From assembly GCA_965637545.1 (NCBI GenBank), contig OZ281494.1:14632001-14696000 (forward strand): a DNA stretch of 64,000 bases. The letters run 5' to 3'. The position numbers and the translations under genes are program-made. The first letter of the stretch is position 1, and the number at the start of each line of letters is the position of its first letter. This stretch comes from Phallusia mammillata (taxonomy: Eukaryota). The notes below the pieces were generated by a model. That model was not told where the DNA came from, ran no database searches, and was given only the letters and a program-made list of their open reading frames with translations. Shown piece after piece: positions 59,919 through 64,000 of this stretch.

Positions 59919-61964
59919 ATGTTAGTCAAAAATTGCGGTCTTGTAACTCTTGAAAGAAGTTGGAGATATTCACGTACAATTCACTTACAGCCAAGAACCA
60001 TAGTACACCAACCCAGGCTATCCTTGTCCTCTGACAATTGTTGGACAAACTGGCAAAAACAAAATGGTATTTTGCAGCGAAGATCTTTGAGGTTAAAAGA
60101 TACTTTTCCCAACAATCAGTACCAAACACACAGGTGGTATCGCTGCTCCGTTGTCAATTATGACAAATCGAAAGTTGAGGATTCCCTAAAAGAGAAGAAA
60201 AAACAAAAACAAAATGAAGCTGCGACATCTGCAAAAGTTGAAGTAAAAGAAGAAAAAACTGCTGCAGAAATTAAACCTTCCCTTTGGGTTCGAGTTGTAA
60301 ATGAAGTGAAACACTACTATCATGGTTTTCGCTTGTTGGCTTTAGATGTAAAGGTTGCCTCAAGGACTGTTTGGAAATTACTGAATGGAAAAACTGTTAT
60401 ACGCCGAGAACGAAATCAATTCCGTAGAGCTTTGTCAGACATCTTTCGTCTGGCACCTTTTTCAATTTTTATCATTATTCCTTTTGCTGAACTTGCACTT
60501 CCTATTGCTGTCAAACTTTTTCCGAATCTGCTACCTTCAACATTTGAAACATCATCTAAAAAAGATCAACGATTAAAAAAAGAACTCAAAGTAAAGCTAC
60601 AAATGGCTAAATTTCTTCAGGACACTGTAGAAGACACTGCAATTCGCACCAAAAAGTCATCCAAGAAGAATGAAGCTGCGCAAGACTTCATTAACTTCTT
60701 TCACAAATGTCGAGACGAAAATGCAACACCTACAAATCAAGAAATTCTGAAACATGCAAAACTGTTTGAAGATCAAATCACTTTGGACAAAATGCCAAGG
60801 CAGCAGTTAATGGCACTGTGTCGGCTGCTTAAAGTTCCTGCTGTTGGGACTAATGAGCTCTTGCGCTTTTTGTTGCAAATGAAACTGCAACAACTTCATA
60901 GAGATGACATCCTTATACAAGAGGAAGGTATTGACAGTTTGACCACTGCTGAGTTAGTCACAGCATCACAAGCGAGGGGTATGAGAGCGCTTGGTATGCA
61001 ACGTAGCAGACTCAAGCAACAATTGTCAGAATGGATTGACTTGCACTTAAATCATGATGTCCCCAATTCACTGCTGCTTTTAAGCAGAGTTCTTTACTTG
61101 TCTGAAACAGTTCCAGTGCAGGAAAAACTGAAAGAGGCTATTTCTTCATTGCCTGAAACTGTGGCTGGAGAAGTAGAAGTCAGAGCATCAGAATTAAACC
61201 TTGAGCGAGTGGACAATGTTGCTCGATACAAAGCAGCAGTAGCTGAGGAAAAGGCACAAGCTGATGAGAGTAAAACAGCAGAAAAAACACCAGCACCTGC
61301 AACTGAAACAGCACCCGCTGATGAGTCTGTTAAAGATGAAGAGTTTTTGGTGGATCCTGCACCAGTAGTAGTTGATACAGCTAAAGTTATTTGTGATGAT
61401 GAAAACAAACTTACGTATCATGACATTGATGCAATCGATGATGCAATGGGTAAAATCAGTGACCACAAAGAGGAAATTGATTCTGTTAAATCTGAATTGA
61501 AAGACTTGCGAGAAGACCATCAGGAATTCCAATCAGATGTAGAATCTTTGAATGAAGAGTTAAAATCATCTCAAGATGAAGTTGTACAAAAGGATGCCAA
61601 GACAAGTAAGCGGCTACATAAGAGGATTGCAAAAATGATAACCAACTTGGAAGACACTTTAGCTGAAATGGAGACAAGTGCTGAAGAAGATAAAATGTCT
61701 GCTAAGCCTGATGAGGTCCCTGTTCAGCAAATGATAGCACTGATTAAGACCGTTAAGGACATTCCAGATGATAAACTTGCTCAAGTGGTCAAAGTCATGG
61801 ACACCAACAGTGACGGACATATTAATGTGACTGAAGCCAAGCAAATCTTTAAAGTGTTGAATGAGCAGGATGTTGAAGTAACACAAGAACAGTTGCAGCA
61901 AATTGTGAAACTGTTGCCCAAAGCAGAGCTGGAAAAACAAGAAATGGATTCAACAAGCAATTAA
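59919..61964 (+). CDS. LETM1: Mitochondrial LETM1 (EF-hand) protein, intronless, 681 aa
   Basis: HYYHGFRLLALD; TM segment FRLAPFSIFIIIPFAELALPIAVKLFPNLLPSTF; LETM1 ribosome-binding domain; coiled coils; EF-hand loop DTNSDGHINVTE. Confidence 0.96.
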   Translation: MLVKNCGLVTLERSWRYSRTIHLQPRTIVHQPRLSLSSDNCWTNWQKQNGILQRRSLRLKDTFPNNQYQTHRWYRCSVVNYDKSKVEDSLKEKKKQKQNEAATSAKVEVKEEKTAAEIKPSLWVRVVNEVKHYYHGFRLLALDVKVASRTVWKLLNGKTVIRRERNQFRRALSDIFRLAPFSIFIIIPFAELALPIAVKLFPNLLPSTFETSSKKDQRLKKELKVKLQMAKFLQDTVEDTAIRTKKSSKKNEAAQDFINFFHKCRDENATPTNQEILKHAKLFEDQITLDKMPRQQLMALCRLLKVPAVGTNELLRFLLQMKLQQLHRDDILIQEEGIDSLTTAELVTASQARGMRALGMQRSRLKQQLSEWIDLHLNHDVPNSLLLLSRVLYLSETVPVQEKLKEAISSLPETVAGEVEVRASELNLERVDNVARYKAAVAEEKAQADESKTAEKTPAPATETAPADESVKDEEFLVDPAPVVVDTAKVICDDENKLTYHDIDAIDDAMGKISDHKEEIDSVKSELKDLREDHQEFQSDVESLNEELKSSQDEVVQKDAKTSKRLHKRIAKMITNLEDTLAEMETSAEEDKMSAKPDEVPVQQMIALIKTVKDIPDDKLAQVVKVMDTNSDGHINVTEAKQIFKVLNEQDVEVTQEQLQQIVKLLPKAELEKQEMDSTSN

Positions 61965-62503
61965 ATAATAATAAATTTTGACATTTTTTTAGGAGCAATG
62001 GGATTCTATTACATGCTCTGTGAGCAGAATTAATTGTGCAAGCATTTAAAAGTGTATTTTGTTCGGCAAATGCTGATGTTATTTTGTAGATTTTAGTGCT
62101 CTATGAACTAGGCAAGTGTGTCATTTTCTTTGTTTCAACATATGTTTTAAACACTTGGTTTGAAATGAGCATAACTCATATTGTTCTACAAAAATATTTG
62201 ATGTGTAACTGCATGATGGTAAACTTCAAATGTTTGTGGTAACTGTGTAGTATCGGTGTATTGTTCCTCTTAATTTTGCTGTTCCACAAGAAATTACTAC
62301 TTCTGTACACAAGGCATCTTGTGACTTTGCATGTGTGTTAAATTGTTGTGAAAATTCTATACTGAACTAATTCAATGCTACATTAAAGTAAATGCTTTTA
62401 ACATTGGTCTTTTTATTTTACTTAATAGTGTTAATTATAAACATGTCTATCTTTTCTTTGTTGTAATTTCTTGCAGTGTTAGAACACATAAGTTTGGGTT
62501 AGA

Positions 62504-63925
62504 ATGGCAGAGGCAAAGACTGAGAATACAGATGCTTTGGCATTGGAAACAGAGTAAGTATTTTGTGAATTACTGCAGCTGCAAAGTGGAGTAAAAATAA
62601 GTGTTTTTCAGGATTATTAGTCTTTGTGCAACCAATCCTAAAGGTGTAACTGACAAGGCTATTGAGAATGCTGTACCCACTGTTGATGTTCGCCAACGAG
62701 TTACCGCTATTAACCGACTTCTTACTATGGCAAGTATATCAACTATGCTAGTATTGAATCCAGAGCATGAAATACTATGTGTTTTTGCAATCGAAGCTTT
62801 CTTGGCATTTTATCTGCTATGGATAAATGTTGATTTGTCATTTTGTCACAGGGCAAAATTGAAGTTCTCAAAGGAGGTTCTGGCTTGGTGTATAAATTGA
62901 AAAGCAGCAATGCAAGGTATTAATGTAAACATATTATAAATAAAATGTTTTTACCAACTGTCAACTAATATTGGAAACAGTTACTGACTGTCGGGCAAGT
63001 TTATCATTAGTCCCCATTTCCTGTATAGGATGCATATTGTTTTCAGGTATTTCTCCTGTATCCTTTCATTTAGGTCATACATTTACAAAATATTTTGCAC
63101 ATTTTAGAGTAACTCAAACCACCTTTGAGACCCACAAGTTTCTGTCTTAAGAACAATCATGCCACTAAAACCTATTTACAAAACAATATTTTCATGTTGC
63201 TTTTGAATGCAAGTAATAAAAGCCTTTATATTTTAATGCTGGAATTTATTTGCAGCAATATTAAAGGTGTGGATCGGCACGAAAAACTTGTTTATCAAAT
63301 AATTGAAAGTGCAGGAAACAAGGGCATTTGGACAAGAGAAATTCGGTATAAATGTAATCTGATGTTAACTGAGGTTAACAAAATTCTGAAAAACCTGGAA
63401 AGCAAGAAACTGATCAAAGCTGTAAAATCAGTGGCTGTGAGTACTATCCATACCTATTTGTAAGAAAGTGTCCAGGTTTTTGTACAAAAAAATAACCTTT
63501 ACCAACATCCTAAACCTAATTTTATATTATATTGGCCAACCCCTTACATATTCTTAATTTTGTTTTGTCACATCTACAACCTGATAAAAACAATAAAAAT
63601 CTTTGTTTGTTTCAGGCATCAAAGAAAAAGGTGTACATGCTGTTTAGTCTTCAGCCAGACCGTTCTGTAACAGGGGGTGCCTGGTACAGTGACCAAGACT
63701 TTGAGTCAGAGTTTGTAGAAGTGCTGAGTCAGCAGTGCCATAAACTTCTGCTACAGAAATTGGAAAATGCTGAAAAAGATGTAAATGTTGCATATTTCAA
63801 CCAGGACCGTTGTATGTCACTTTGTCTGTTTTCAGGGATCTCTTTCCCCCATTGCAAAGAATGCTAGCTCCTACTGTTCATCACAAGAAGTTCTCGATTT
63901 TATACAAAACTTGGGCATAAGCAAG
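62504..63925 (+). CDS. POLR3F: RNA polymerase III subunit RPC6, 5' part; exons 62504-62553, 62612-62729, 62852-62916, 63256-63436, 63616-63780, 63836-63925 (continues beyond window)
   Basis: EKLVYQIIESAGNKGIWTREIRYK...KILKNLESKKLIKAVKSVA/ASKKKVYML..LQPDRSVTGGAWYSDQDFESEFVE is near-identical to RPC6. Intron 2 needs a GC donor. Confidence 0.95.
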
Positions 63926-64000
63926 GTATGATCTGCTTTTATCGCAATTTTGAATAAAATTCAATTCAAGCTTCCAACAGTCAACCTGGTGCCTGTGAAA

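Overview
Animal genomic DNA from a compact genome with short introns (55-120 nt are common) and mosaic CpG depletion. An invertebrate chordate, probably a tunicate, is my inference and is not proven. Host genes from left to right: the 3' exons of SPRTN (+); a 13-exon ZBTB44 orthologue (-) with an 8.2-kb CpG-rich intron; and a tight housekeeping cluster of TBCB (-), DNAL1 (+), intronless WDR36 (-), intronless LETM1 (+) and POLR3F (+, runs off the window). The 2-22 kb region is a transposon nest. It holds two related BEL/Pao LTR retrotransposons in convergent orientation. One sits inside an 8.9-kb hAT element, which itself splits a decayed copy of the SPRTN last exon. hAT and 9-bp-TSD MITEs and P-superfamily relics occur here and at 43-54 kb. 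The most unusual observations: (i) every BEL LTR contains three tandem, sense-strand, host-sized GT-AG mini-introns; (ii) LTRs from different elements are nearly identical while each element's own pair is diverged; (iii) there is a non-canonical primer-binding region; (iv) LETM1-POLR3F is a candidate trans-spliced operon. All exon models, alignments and counts were made by eye.
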